From an uncultured Chloroflexia bacterium (GTDB lineage: Bacteria > Chloroflexota > Limnocylindria > Limnocylindrales > CSP1-4): 64,000 bases of DNA. Positions 23,060 to 32,816 of this stretch are shown here, one piece after another. Each line of letters starts with the position of its first letter. Position 1 is the stretch's first letter. The position numbers were made by a program, and so were the translations under genes. The notes below the pieces were generated by a model. That model saw only the letters and a program-made list of their open reading frames with translations. It had not been told where the DNA came from and searched no databases. The DNA lies in contig CAVVCZ010000006.1 of assembly GCA_963746845.1 (NCBI GenBank), positions 419,187 through 483,186 of the forward strand, in the 5' to 3' direction.

Positions 23060-23923
23060 ATGCTCGGTCGCTACGTGACCCGCGCCGTGGACGCGCAGAG
23101 TCGCTGGTCGAAGCCGTTCGGGGACTTCAACCACCGCTGGCTCGGCGCCCTCTTCCACGCGATGCGTCCGATCCAGCACTTCCTCAACGGGTCGTGGCTC
23201 GGCCACCCGGTCCATGCGGTCGTCACCGACGTCCCGGTCGGCGCCCTCACCGTCTCGATCGTCGCCGACTTCATCGGCCAGCCGCTGGTCGCCGACATCT
23301 CGATGCTGCTCGGCGTCCTGGCGATGGTCGCCGCGGCCGTGACGGGCCTCGCCGACTATGCCGAGGTCGACGGGAACCCGCGCTCCCGCGCGACGGTCCA
23401 CGGGACGCTGATGGTCGTCTCCCTCGTGCTGTATGCCGCCTCGCTCGTCCTCCGGGCCGGGAGCCCGGCCGATCGGCTCGTCCCGATCCTCCTGGCGGTC
23501 ATCGGCTACCTGTTCCTCGCCGTCGGCGCGTTCGTCGGCGGCGACCTCGTCTTCCTCGCCGGGACGCACGTCGACCGGCATGCCTGGCGTGGCGCCGGCG
23601 CGAAGTGGATCGCCCTCGAGCTCGGCGGCCTCCCGGACATCCCGCAGGGCGGCCCGACGAAGCTGCGCGCCGGCATCAACGACCTCGCGGTGATCCGGGA
23701 CGGCGACGCGATCCTCGCCGTCCACGCCCAGTGCGCGCACGCCGGCGGCCCGCTCGCGGAGGGATCGGTCGAGAACGGCGTGATCGAGTGCCCGTGGCAC
23801 GGCTCGCGGTTCCGGATGGCCAACGGCCATGTCGCCCGTGGCCCGTCGGTGTACGACCAGCCCGCGTACGACGTCCGTCGTTCCGAGACCGGCGGTTGGG
23901 AGGTCCGGCGCCAGACCGGTTGA
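23060..23923 (+). CDS. DUF2231-like membrane domain fused to a Rieske [2Fe-2S] domain
   Basis: GHPVH.V..D.P and HG motifs in the TM part; C-terminal CAH...CPWH Rieske ligands. Confidence 0.85.
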   Translation: MLGRYVTRAVDAQSRWSKPFGDFNHRWLGALFHAMRPIQHFLNGSWLGHPVHAVVTDVPVGALTVSIVADFIGQPLVADISMLLGVLAMVAAAVTGLADYAEVDGNPRSRATVHGTLMVVSLVLYAASLVLRAGSPADRLVPILLAVIGYLFLAVGAFVGGDLVFLAGTHVDRHAWRGAGAKWIALELGGLPDIPQGGPTKLRAGINDLAVIRDGDAILAVHAQCAHAGGPLAEGSVENGVIECPWHGSRFRMANGHVARGPSVYDQPAYDVRRSETGGWEVRRQTG

Positions 23924-24085
23924 GGCAGGACCGGCTGACGCCGATCCGGGGCAGACCCGGCGATTTCGCCGCGTGTTTGCAACGCGGATCGGTGCATCCC
24001 GGCACCGACGACAACCCGGGTATTGACGTACGATCGGGCCGGGCGCGATCCGAAGAATCCGAGCGCGCGATGTGGGGGAATCACG

Positions 24086-24619
24086 ATGAGTCACCTGTCC
24101 ACCTCGGTCTCGGTGGATGCGCCACCGCATGTGGTCTACGACCTGATCGCGGACCCCGTGCGGGCGGCGGAATGGCAGACCCTTCTGGCGGAGATGGGGC
24201 CGATCTCCGGTCGGGCGGGGGGCATCGGCTCCAGCTACATCGGCTACTACCGGGTCGCCGGACGGAAGCTCCCCGCCCGGTTCGTGGTGACCGCCGCGGA
24301 GCGACCGAGCCTCCTCCAGGTCAACGGCACGACGACCGGCGGCTGGACCCGCTGGACGACGATGATCGAACCGTCCGGCGGCGGCTCGACGATCCGCGTC
24401 TCGATGGAGTACGAGCTGCCGGGCGAGATCGTCGGCTCCCTGTTCGGGATGCTCACCGGCAACCGGATCGAACGCGAGTTCCGGCGGTCGTACGACCAGC
24501 TGAAGCGGATCGTCGAGGGCGACGGCCTGGGCCCGGAGCCGCGCGCGCTCCGTCCGGTCGACGACCCGGCCGCCGACCGGACCGCCGACGAAGGGCGGGC
24601 GGAGGCGGCCGTCAGCTGA
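24086..24619 (+). CDS. SRPBCC/START family protein
   Basis: SVSVDAPP..VY....D....EW N-terminus; C-terminal helix YDQLKRIVE. Confidence 0.75.
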   Translation: MSHLSTSVSVDAPPHVVYDLIADPVRAAEWQTLLAEMGPISGRAGGIGSSYIGYYRVAGRKLPARFVVTAAERPSLLQVNGTTTGGWTRWTTMIEPSGGGSTIRVSMEYELPGEIVGSLFGMLTGNRIEREFRRSYDQLKRIVEGDGLGPEPRALRPVDDPAADRTADEGRAEAAVS

Positions 24620-25197
24620 GCCGCCCGCTCGACATCCCGGTTCCGGGCGTGGTCGTCCTCGTCGGCGCGGCCGGCGCGGGCAAGACGACGTTCGCCGCCC
24701 GGCGCTTCGACCCGGACGAGGTGCTCTCGTCGGACGACCTTCGCGCGGCCGTCAGCGGTGATGCGACCGACCAATCCGCGACCCGGACCGCGTTCTCGAT
24801 CCTCCACCGGGAGCTGACCCGCCGGGTCGTCGCCGGGCGGCTCGTCGTCGTCGACGCCACGAGCCTCACCCCGGCGTCGCGCGCCGCGGTCCTGCACCGA
24901 GCGGCGATCGCCGGCGCCCGCGCCGTGGCGATCGTCCTCGTCCCGACCGCAGCCGAGGTCCATGCACGGAACCGGCGCCGTCCGGAGCGGACCGTCCCCG
25001 CGGACGTCATCGACCGCCAGATCGCGGCCGCGGCGTCGCTCGGTGCCGATCCGGCGGCGATCGAGACGCGGCTGCGGTCCGAGGGGTTCGCCGCCGTCCG
25101 CGTCGTCTGGGGCGACGATCCCGGCGCGGCCGACGATCTCGAGATCCGGCGGGTCGCCCGACCGGCGCGGGGGCAGCGTCCGGCGAACCGGCCCTAG
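24616..25197 (+). CDS. P-loop kinase (AAA_33, polynucleotide-kinase-like)
   Basis: LVGAAGAGKTT, LSSDDLR, VVDAT, RN..R..R.VP..VI.RQ. Start inferred at a CTGA overlap. Confidence 0.8.
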   Translation: MSRPLDIPVPGVVVLVGAAGAGKTTFAARRFDPDEVLSSDDLRAAVSGDATDQSATRTAFSILHRELTRRVVAGRLVVVDATSLTPASRAAVLHRAAIAGARAVAIVLVPTAAEVHARNRRRPERTVPADVIDRQIAAAASLGADPAAIETRLRSEGFAAVRVVWGDDPGAADDLEIRRVARPARGQRPANRP

Positions 25198-26114
25198 CTC
25201 GCGGGCACGGCCGACCCGCCCGCGATCAGCACGACCGCGATGCCGGCCATGACGATCCCGACGAGGTGGCTCCGGGAGACCCGCTCGTGGAGCAGGGCGA
25301 CCGCCAGCACGACCGTCGTCACCGGATAGAGCGAGCTCAGGGCCGCCGCGACGTCCAGCCGCCCCGCCTGGGTCGCGAGGACGTACAGGCCGTTGCCCGC
25401 GAGGTCGAGGAAGCCGACGGCGAGGACCGCCGGGAGCACCGATCGCGGGACCCGCCACGGACGGCGGCCCAGGACGACGATCAGGGAGATCGCGACGAGC
25501 GCCGCGACCTTGATCGCGACGAGCGGCCACACGACGAGGTGCTCCGGGAACGCACCGACCGCGACGTTGAACAGCCCGAGCCCGAACCCGGCCAGCAGCG
25601 CGTACTCGATGCCGGACGGGCGGCCGCTCGGATCGTTGGAGCGGGACACCAGGATCACGGCGACGAGCGCGGCGACGATCCCGACGACCACCTCGGGCGG
25701 CGGCAGTCCCTGCCGGACGAACCCCACCGCGACCGGGATGCTCGCCGCGATCAACCCGGTGACGGGCGCGACCACTCCCATCCGACCGACCGCGAGGCCC
25801 TGGTACAGCCCGAGGATTCCGGCGACGCTCAGCGTTCCGGCGACCAGCGCGAGGGCCAGGGTCGTCGTACCCGGGAACCGCTCACCGGTCAGGATCGCCA
25901 GGGCGACCATGACGAGGACCCCGAGCCCGTCGACCCCGATCGCGATGCCCAGGACGGGCGCGCGGCGTCCGGTCCAGCCTCCCCCGAAGTCGCCGGCTCC
26001 CCAGGCGATCGCCGAGCCGAGACCGAAGGCGACGACGGCAAGCCCGGTGCCGGCCGGATCAGCCAGGAACGGCTCCGGCAGGTGCGGTCGCCGACTCGGC
26101 CGCGGGCGCGTCAT
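25194..26114 (-). CDS. EamA/DMT family transporter
   Basis: About 10 TM helices; GRMGVVAP, LSSLYPVTTV..A..LLHER. Confidence 0.85.
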   Translation of the reverse strand: MTRPRPSRRPHLPEPFLADPAGTGLAVVAFGLGSAIAWGAGDFGGGWTGRRAPVLGIAIGVDGLGVLVMVALAILTGERFPGTTTLALALVAGTLSVAGILGLYQGLAVGRMGVVAPVTGLIAASIPVAVGFVRQGLPPPEVVVGIVAALVAVILVSRSNDPSGRPSGIEYALLAGFGLGLFNVAVGAFPEHLVVWPLVAIKVAALVAISLIVVLGRRPWRVPRSVLPAVLAVGFLDLAGNGLYVLATQAGRLDVAAALSSLYPVTTVVLAVALLHERVSRSHLVGIVMAGIAVVLIAGGSAVPAS

Positions 26115-28266
26115 CGTCCGTCTCGGTCGGACCCTGCAACGAGAGGACCGCGTCGGCGGCGTCGTGGTACCGGTCCGACGTCGTCAGGTAGATGACCTGG
26201 AAGTCGCGGGCCATCTCGCGGAGCAGCTCGAGGGCGCGGCCGGCCCGCTCCTCGTCGAGGGTCATGAACGGGTCGTCGAAGATCAGTGGCGGCCGCCGAT
26301 CGCCCGTGACGAGCCGGACGAGCCCGAGGCGGGCGGACAGGTAGACGAGGTCGAGGGTGCCCTGGCTCAGCGAGCGCACGTCGACCCAGTCGCCCCGCTC
26401 GGGGGCGTGGAGGCGGATGTCGAGGGTCCGATCGTCGACCGAGACGCGTCGATAGCGGCCGCCGGTGATCCGCTCGACGTCGCCGACCATCCGTCGCTCG
26501 AGGAACCGGGTCGCGGTCTTCATCGTGGCCTGCTCCGCCACCTCGATCTCGCGGAGCGTCCGTTCGTAGATCCGGCTCCGACGCTGGAGCGCCACGAGCT
26601 GTTCGCGCCAGGCCGCGAGTCGCTCGGCGGCCCCGGCGACCTGCTCCGAGTCGACGCTGTTCGCATCGACGCGGGCGCGGGCGTTCGCCTCGTCGTCCCG
26701 GGCGCGCTCGAGGGCGATCTCGAGGTCGTGCGTCTCGACCTCCAGCCGCTCCCGCGCCCGGGGCTCCTTGGCGATCGGGCCGAGCGCCTCGACGGCGTGT
26801 GTCTTCTGCTCGATGTCCAGCGCCGCCGCGTCCCGCAGCTTCGGCAGGGTCTCGATCGGCTCCTTGCCGACCAGCCCGTCCAGCTGGGCGGTCAGACGGT
26901 CGATCCGGCTGGCGTGGTCGCGCTCCGCCTCGAGGAGGGCCTCCGCCGAGGCGAGGTCCGGCAGCCCGAGCCCCATGAGCTGCTGCTCGGTATCCAGCTC
27001 GGCCTGGCGGAGGTCCGCCTCCATCTCGGACCGGCCCCGGAGCCGCCGGTCGATCTCGACGTCGCGCATCTCCTGCTGGACGCGGTCGCTCCGCCGGATC
27101 CACCAGGCGATGAGCGCGACGATCAGGCCGATCGCCGCGATGATCCCGCCGATGATCGTCGGGATCTGGCCGACGTCGACGACCCCGGCCGTGTCGAGCG
27201 CGAACGTGACGCCGGCCACGAGCAGCCCGACGACCAGCAGCACCACGCCGGTCCGCGAGAGCGGGCGCCACGACGGCGGCGGCGGGACCTCGAAGGTCAC
27301 GTTCACCTCGCCGGACAGGGCGCCGGTCAGGTCCTTGATCTTCGCGTCGAGGATCCGTAGCCGGTTGACGATCTGCTCGAGCACCGGCAACGGGTTGGCG
27401 GACGGGTGGCTGTTGCGGAGCCCACCGAGCTCCTGGGACACGGCCACCGCCTGGCGATAGCGGTCGAACCGCTCCTGGGCGCCGGCGCGCTCGACGGTCA
27501 GCCGCTCCGCCTGACGCGCCTTCTCGAGGAGCGCCCGCCGCTCGACGAGGGACTTCTCCGTCTCCGTTCGGCGCTCGCGGGCGCTCGACAGCATGTCGCG
27601 ATCGCGATCCAGCTGGGCCAGGGCCAGCTCGCCCTGCTCGACGGCCGCCTGGGACTGCTCGACCGCCTCCTCGGCGACCTTGAGACGCCCGGGGTTCTTG
27701 TCGCCCTTCGTGTTCAGGGCATAGATCGCCTTCTCGAGCGTCCGGCGCGCCCTCGACGTGCCCCGGTCGCCGCCGCTGATCGACGCCTGCAGCCGGTCAC
27801 GCAGGGCGGCCTCATCCCGATCGAGATCGGCCAGCTCCTGGTGACGGATGCTCGCGGTCGAGCGGAAGAACGCCTCGCTCGGGATGCCCGTCAGCTCCGC
27901 GAGCGCCTGGTCGGCCAGCGTCGGGTCGGTGATCGTCTCGCCATCGATCGAGAGGCTGACGGTGCCACGCGCGCCCCGGAACGCCTTCTCGAGCGTGCCG
28001 CTCCGGACGCCCCGGTCGTCGTCGTCGACCTCGAAGTCGACCGTGATCACCGGACGCGCGTCCTCACCGGCGTCCCATGGGCGGAGCGCGTCCATGTCCG
28101 CACCGCCGCTCGTCACCTTCCGGGTGAGAGCCAGCTCGATCGCCCGCTGGATCGTCGTCTTGCCCGCCTCGTTCGGGCCATGGATGATCGTCAGGCCGGG
28201 CGACAGCGGGATCTCCAGCTCGCGGTACCGGCGGAAGTCCCGCAGGACCAGCCGGGTGATCCTCAC
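26059..28266 (-). CDS. SbcC/Rad50-like (YhaN-like) SMC-type ATPase with central hydrophobic hairpin
   Basis: N-terminal GPNEAGKTT, long coiled coils, C-terminal LSQGT signature and IFDDPF Walker B. Confidence 0.85.
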   Translation of the reverse strand: MRITRLVLRDFRRYRELEIPLSPGLTIIHGPNEAGKTTIQRAIELALTRKVTSGGADMDALRPWDAGEDARPVITVDFEVDDDDRGVRSGTLEKAFRGARGTVSLSIDGETITDPTLADQALAELTGIPSEAFFRSTASIRHQELADLDRDEAALRDRLQASISGGDRGTSRARRTLEKAIYALNTKGDKNPGRLKVAEEAVEQSQAAVEQGELALAQLDRDRDMLSSARERRTETEKSLVERRALLEKARQAERLTVERAGAQERFDRYRQAVAVSQELGGLRNSHPSANPLPVLEQIVNRLRILDAKIKDLTGALSGEVNVTFEVPPPPSWRPLSRTGVVLLVVGLLVAGVTFALDTAGVVDVGQIPTIIGGIIAAIGLIVALIAWWIRRSDRVQQEMRDVEIDRRLRGRSEMEADLRQAELDTEQQLMGLGLPDLASAEALLEAERDHASRIDRLTAQLDGLVGKEPIETLPKLRDAAALDIEQKTHAVEALGPIAKEPRARERLEVETHDLEIALERARDDEANARARVDANSVDSEQVAGAAERLAAWREQLVALQRRSRIYERTLREIEVAEQATMKTATRFLERRMVGDVERITGGRYRRVSVDDRTLDIRLHAPERGDWVDVRSLSQGTLDLVYLSARLGLVRLVTGDRRPPLIFDDPFMTLDEERAGRALELLREMARDFQVIYLTTSDRYHDAADAVLSLQGPTETDDDAPAAESATAPAGAVPG

Positions 28267-29444
28267 AGCGTGACCTCGTGACCGGCGAGAAGGAGCCGGC
28301 CGAGACGGAGGACGTCACGTAGCTCGGCCGCCTCGTCCGCGGTCGACGGCGAGCCGCCCGCCTCGAGCGTGGCGATCCGCGCCTCGACGTTCCGGATGAA
28401 CGCGCCGGGGATCGTGTCCGGCGACGGCAGGACGCCGTTCGTCAGCGCGGGCAGCGATGTGTCCCGGACCCGCACCTTGAGGAAGCTGCTCTTCAGCCGG
28501 TCCTCGACCTCCTCGATGTGGATGTCGAGCTCGTCGGGACGGACGCCGGTGATCCGGGCATCGAGGACCAGGTCCGGGTCGGCGAGCGCGGACAGCCGGG
28601 CGAGCAACGCCGGCTGGTCGCCGATCGCGGCGGCGTCGACGTCCAGCTTGTCGAAGTGCGTCCGCGACACGGACCGCGGGTCGAGATTCACCGTCCGCGC
28701 CCCGCCCACCACCTCCAACGACACGATGACCGCCTTGCCGGCGCCGTCCTGCGTGACGGCCACCGGCTCCGGGGCGCCCGAGTAGGCGTAGGTCGTCGGC
28801 CCGGCGGTGCCCTGCTGGAACGAGTGCCAGTGCCCGAGGGCGAGGTAGTCGAGGTCGCTGGCCTCGACCTCCTCCTTGGTGAAGACCACCTCGTCGCGGT
28901 CGGTCTTGTCCGGGATCGACAACGAGCCGTGGATCATCCCGACCTGCCAGGTCGCCGGGGACGGCCCGTCGCGGTGGACGTGGACGTCGAGCATCGGGCT
29001 GTGCGGGCCGCGCTTGGTGGCGAAGACCGGTCCGTGGACGACCACGTCGGAGGTCGGGAGGTGGATGCTCGGCAGGCTCGGGGTCAGGACGGTCACGAGA
29101 TCATCGTCCGGCGTCGAGCCGGCCAGCGCCGGGATGTCGTGGATCCGGTACAGGGACGACCGGTCGTAGACGTCGTGGGTCCCCGGGATGATGACAGTGC
29201 GGATCTTCGCGACGACGAGCCGATGGAGCTCCGCCGCGACGCGATCCACGGATCGGCGCGGCTGCGTGTTCGAGTCGAACAGGTCGCCCGCGATCAGGAC
29301 GACATCGACCTTCTCCGCGATCGCCAGGTCGACCGTCGCGCGAAAGGCGGCGAACTGCCGCTCACGCTGCGCGGCCGCCTGCTCGCCCATGTCGGCGTGG
29401 CGTGCGCCGAGATGGACGTCGGCGGTGTGGAGTAGTCGGAGCAT
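28263..29444 (-). CDS. SbcD/Mre11-family metallophosphoesterase nuclease
   Basis: LLHTADVHLG, AGDLFD, PGTHD, MIHG, YLALGHWH, YSGAPE. GTGA overlap with the ATPase gene. Confidence 0.9.
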   Translation of the reverse strand: MLRLLHTADVHLGARHADMGEQAAAQRERQFAAFRATVDLAIAEKVDVVLIAGDLFDSNTQPRRSVDRVAAELHRLVVAKIRTVIIPGTHDVYDRSSLYRIHDIPALAGSTPDDDLVTVLTPSLPSIHLPTSDVVVHGPVFATKRGPHSPMLDVHVHRDGPSPATWQVGMIHGSLSIPDKTDRDEVVFTKEEVEASDLDYLALGHWHSFQQGTAGPTTYAYSGAPEPVAVTQDGAGKAVIVSLEVVGGARTVNLDPRSVSRTHFDKLDVDAAAIGDQPALLARLSALADPDLVLDARITGVRPDELDIHIEEVEDRLKSSFLKVRVRDTSLPALTNGVLPSPDTIPGAFIRNVEARIATLEAGGSPSTADEAAELRDVLRLGRLLLAGHEVTL

Positions 29445-29895
29445 CCGGTCGGGCTGGCCTCCTGTCCCGTCACAGGCTGCGACGAGGCGGGGTGACTCAC
29501 CGCCGCCGAAGGCTGGGAACTCCGGCGAGCTGGTGCGAGCGAGGCGCCCCCTGGCCCTCGCTCGCCTCCCCGACTCTCGCGCGCCATTGTGACAGGTTGC
29601 CTGTCGCCGAGGCGGGGTCGGCGGCAGCCGGCCGGCCCCGCGGAGTGGCGAGCCCGGGTGGCGCGAACCGGGGTGTCCGCCCTCGTGAACCGGCCCGTGC
29701 AACGCTCGAATCCCGCGCTCGGTGTATGGTCCTGCGGTCATCAACCCGTGCGCCCGACACAGGGACTCCATAACGGCACCTGGATAGCGCGGCGCCGGCC
29801 TTCCGACCCGACGCACCCGCACCGTCCCCGTCTTCCGTTGTGGCTGCCCTCGTCAAGGCCCGCGGAGAGACGCAGCGCCAGGAGAGGAAGGTTTC

Positions 29896-30234
29896 GTGAC
29901 CTACGCGGATCGAACGTTGACCTGCGTGGACTGCGGCGTGGAGTTCATCCACTCGGCGGCCGACCAGGAGTACTACGCACAGAAGGGGTTCGCGTCGGAC
30001 CCCAAGCGGTGCACGAGCTGCCGCGCCAGCCGCCGGGCCAGTCGGGAGGCCGGCTACGACGTTCGGGACATCGGTGGACCCCGCGGTTACGAACGAAGCG
30101 ACGATCGGATCGCCCGCGAGTACTTCGCGGTGATCTGCTCGTCCTGCGGCAACCAGGCACAGGTGCCGTTCAAGCCACGGATGGACCGGCCCGTCTACTG
30201 CTCCGATTGCTTCCGCCAGGTGAAGCCCGACTGA
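29896..30234 (+). CDS. Small double zinc-ribbon protein (CxxC-x17-CxxC domain family)
   Basis: DRTLTCVDCG..F...EQ-like..KGF..PKRC..C and CSSCG..AQVPFKP..DRPVYCSDC. GGAGAGGAAGG RBS. Confidence 0.9.
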   Translation: MTYADRTLTCVDCGVEFIHSAADQEYYAQKGFASDPKRCTSCRASRRASREAGYDVRDIGGPRGYERSDDRIAREYFAVICSSCGNQAQVPFKPRMDRPVYCSDCFRQVKPD

Positions 30235-30304
30235 CGCCTCACCTGGTCGACCCGCGGTCGAGCGTGGTGGCCCAGACCCACGCTCCCGCAGCCCAGCTGC
30301 CCGA

Positions 30305-30335
30305 CGAACGCCCCGGGACGCCACCGGGGCGTTCG
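30305..30335. terminator. GC-rich hairpin between convergent genes
   Basis: cgaacgccccgg-gacgcca-ccggggcgttcg, 12-bp perfect stem. Confidence 0.6.
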
Positions 30336-30372
30336 CATGTCCGGCGCGGCGACCCGGCCCCGCCGACGCGTC

Positions 30373-31086
30373 CTACAGGCGGAAGACCTCGCCGCGCCGG
30401 AACCGCTCGCGATGGCGCCCGTGCCAGACCGTGACGCGGCCCGCGCCCTGGACCTGCCACGAGCCGTCCCGGCCGATCGCGGCCGTCTCCTCGTCGACGC
30501 CGAGCGTCGTGACGTGGCGCGGCGCCTGCAGGACGAACGCCGCCGACAGGGCCTCGGGCCATGCGTCGTAGTGCGGGACGACGGTGACCGCCGGCACGAG
30601 ATCGAGGCCGTCGCGCCAGCGGAGCGGCCAGAGCAGGCGCCGGGTCCGGAAGTCGAAGTGGCGGGCCGCGAGGATCATCGCGCCGGCCGAGCAGCCGATG
30701 AGCGCGGCGCCACGCTCGTGGGCAGCGACGATCGCGGCTCCGACGCGGGTCCCGATGAGGGTGTCGGCCAGGTGGCCGGGCTTGCCGCCCGAGAGATAGA
30801 CGAGATCGGCCTCGCCGATCGCCTGGACATGCGCGTCGTCGTCGGCGTCGAGGCGATCGCGGACGAGGACCGGCTCGACCTCGGCGCCGAGGGCCGCGAA
30901 GTGCTCGCCGCCCATCTCCGCCCAGTGCCGGAAGACCTCCTCGCCGTCCGGCCACGACGCCGTCGGCAGGATGACGACGCGCGGCCGGGCCCGTCCGCTG
31001 GCGGCCAGCAGGCCGGTGTCGATCTCGTCCATCGCGGGCAGGAACTCACCGGACCCGACGAGTGCGATCGGACCCGGTCCCGGCAT
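30373..31086 (-). CDS. Peptidase S51 / cyanophycinase-like (class I GATase-like fold)
   Basis: ALVGSGE, ILPTAS, YLSGG, GCSAGA nucleophile, PHYD, GVDEETA. Confidence 0.8.
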   Translation of the reverse strand: MPGPGPIALVGSGEFLPAMDEIDTGLLAASGRARPRVVILPTASWPDGEEVFRHWAEMGGEHFAALGAEVEPVLVRDRLDADDDAHVQAIGEADLVYLSGGKPGHLADTLIGTRVGAAIVAAHERGAALIGCSAGAMILAARHFDFRTRRLLWPLRWRDGLDLVPAVTVVPHYDAWPEALSAAFVLQAPRHVTTLGVDEETAAIGRDGSWQVQGAGRVTVWHGRHRERFRRGEVFRL

Positions 31087-31127
31087 GCACGGGAGCATAT
31101 CGGCGCCTGTGCAACACTGCCGAACAC

Positions 31128-32717
31128 ATGACTCGCGCCCAGCGCTGGACGCTTCTCGCCGCCATCGTCGCGTCCGGAATCGTCTTCCTCGACAGCACCA
31201 TCGTGAACCTCGCCCTGAAGCGCATGGGCGAGGAGCTCCCCCGGATCACCTCGATCGGGATCCTCGAGGGCCAGGCCTATGTCGGCAGCGGCTATCTCGC
31301 GGTCCTCGCGGCGCTGCTGATCATCGCGGGGGCGCTCGCGGACCGCTACGGCCGGCGACGGATCTTCATCATCGGCCTCAGCGCCTTCGGCGCGATCTCG
31401 GTCCTGTGTGGTGTCGCCCCGACGCTCGAGTTCATGATCGTCGGACGCCTGCTCCAGGGCGCGGCCGGCGCGCTGCTCGTCCCGGGCTCGCTCGCGATCA
31501 TCAGCGCCGCGTTCACGGGCGCCGCCCGGGCACGCGCGTTCGGGCTGTGGGCGGCCTCGACGTCGGCGCTGACGCTCCTCGGCCCGATCGTCGGCGGGCT
31601 GCTCGTCGACAACCTGACCTGGCGGCTCGCATTCCTGATCAACGTCCCGCTGGTCGCGATCGCGCTGTTCGCGGCCATCCGGCACGTCGAGGAGTCGCGC
31701 GACCCGGACGCGACCGGCCACTTCGACTGGCTGGGCTCGGTCGTCGGCGCCCTGGCCATCGGGGGCCTCGCCTTCGGGGCGATCCACGGCCAGGAGACGC
31801 ACTGGACCGATCCGGTGGCGTGGACCTCGCTCGTGATCGGCGTCGTGTGCCTCGTGCTGTTCCCGATCCTCATGGCGGTCCGCCCGCATCCGCTCGTCCC
31901 GCTCTCGCTGTTCCGCAACCGCGAGTTCGCCTCGATCAACCTCGCGACCTTCCTGATCTACGGCGCCCTGTACGTCTCGTTCGCCTACACCGCGCTCCTC
32001 TACCAGGGCACGCTCGGCTACAGCGCGACGGGTGCCGCGATCATCGGCATCCCGAGCGGGATCCTCCTCGCGACCCTCTCCGCCCGGATCGGGACGCTGA
32101 CCGGCCGGTTTGGCTCACGGGTCTTCCTGGTCGTCGGGCCGCTCATCGTGGCCGCGGGTCAGCTGTGGCTCGCCCGGATCCCGGCGACGTCGGAGGCGTG
32201 GGTCGCGGAGCTCGGAAACCCCGCTTCGATGATCCCGCCGCTCGACGCGATCGTCGACGTGTTGCCGGCGAACATCGCGTTCGGGCTGGGGATGGCGATG
32301 GTCGTCGCGCCCTTGACGAGCACGTTGATGAACTCGATCCCGTCCGGGAACTCCGGTCTGGGATCGGCGATCAACAACGCGCTGTCGCGGGTCGGCCAGC
32401 CGCTGATCGGCGCGCTGATCTTCATCGCGATCACCGCCGCGTTCTACAACGGCCTGGCCGCGCTCGTGCCCGGGCTCGACCCCAACGACCCGGCCGTCCG
32501 GGCGGTGATCGTGCCGCTCAACCCGCCACCGGCGGGCACGCCGCCGGACCTCGCGGCCGCAGCCAAGGAGGCGTCCGTCAACGCCTTCCACCTGGCAGCC
32601 ATCGTGTCCGCAGTCCTCATGGCCGCGGGCTCGGCCGTCAGCGCGGTCGGGCTGCGGAAGGGTGCGGCGAGCGCTGCGCCGGCACGGGAGACCGAGCCCG
32701 CGGTGGGCGCCGGCTGA
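31128..32717 (+). CDS. MFS transporter, DHA2 (14-TM) family
   Basis: LDSTIVNLAL, GALADRYGRRR, WR.AFLINVP. Confidence 0.9.
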   Translation: MTRAQRWTLLAAIVASGIVFLDSTIVNLALKRMGEELPRITSIGILEGQAYVGSGYLAVLAALLIIAGALADRYGRRRIFIIGLSAFGAISVLCGVAPTLEFMIVGRLLQGAAGALLVPGSLAIISAAFTGAARARAFGLWAASTSALTLLGPIVGGLLVDNLTWRLAFLINVPLVAIALFAAIRHVEESRDPDATGHFDWLGSVVGALAIGGLAFGAIHGQETHWTDPVAWTSLVIGVVCLVLFPILMAVRPHPLVPLSLFRNREFASINLATFLIYGALYVSFAYTALLYQGTLGYSATGAAIIGIPSGILLATLSARIGTLTGRFGSRVFLVVGPLIVAAGQLWLARIPATSEAWVAELGNPASMIPPLDAIVDVLPANIAFGLGMAMVVAPLTSTLMNSIPSGNSGLGSAINNALSRVGQPLIGALIFIAITAAFYNGLAALVPGLDPNDPAVRAVIVPLNPPPAGTPPDLAAAAKEASVNAFHLAAIVSAVLMAAGSAVSAVGLRKGAASAAPARETEPAVGAG

Positions 32718-32767
32718 GCACGGGCTCCGACCGGATCGCACGGCCGATCACTGGCGAGCACACGAAA

Positions 32768-32794
32768 AACCGGGCGGTTGGGCACCGCCCGGTT
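32768..32794. terminator. Likely bidirectional intrinsic terminator
   Basis: aaccgggcggt-tgggc-accgcccggtt, with an A-tract on the 5' side and TTCTT on the 3' side, between convergent genes. Confidence 0.7.
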
Positions 32795-32816
32795 CTTGTC
32801 GGTCGAACGGGATGGG

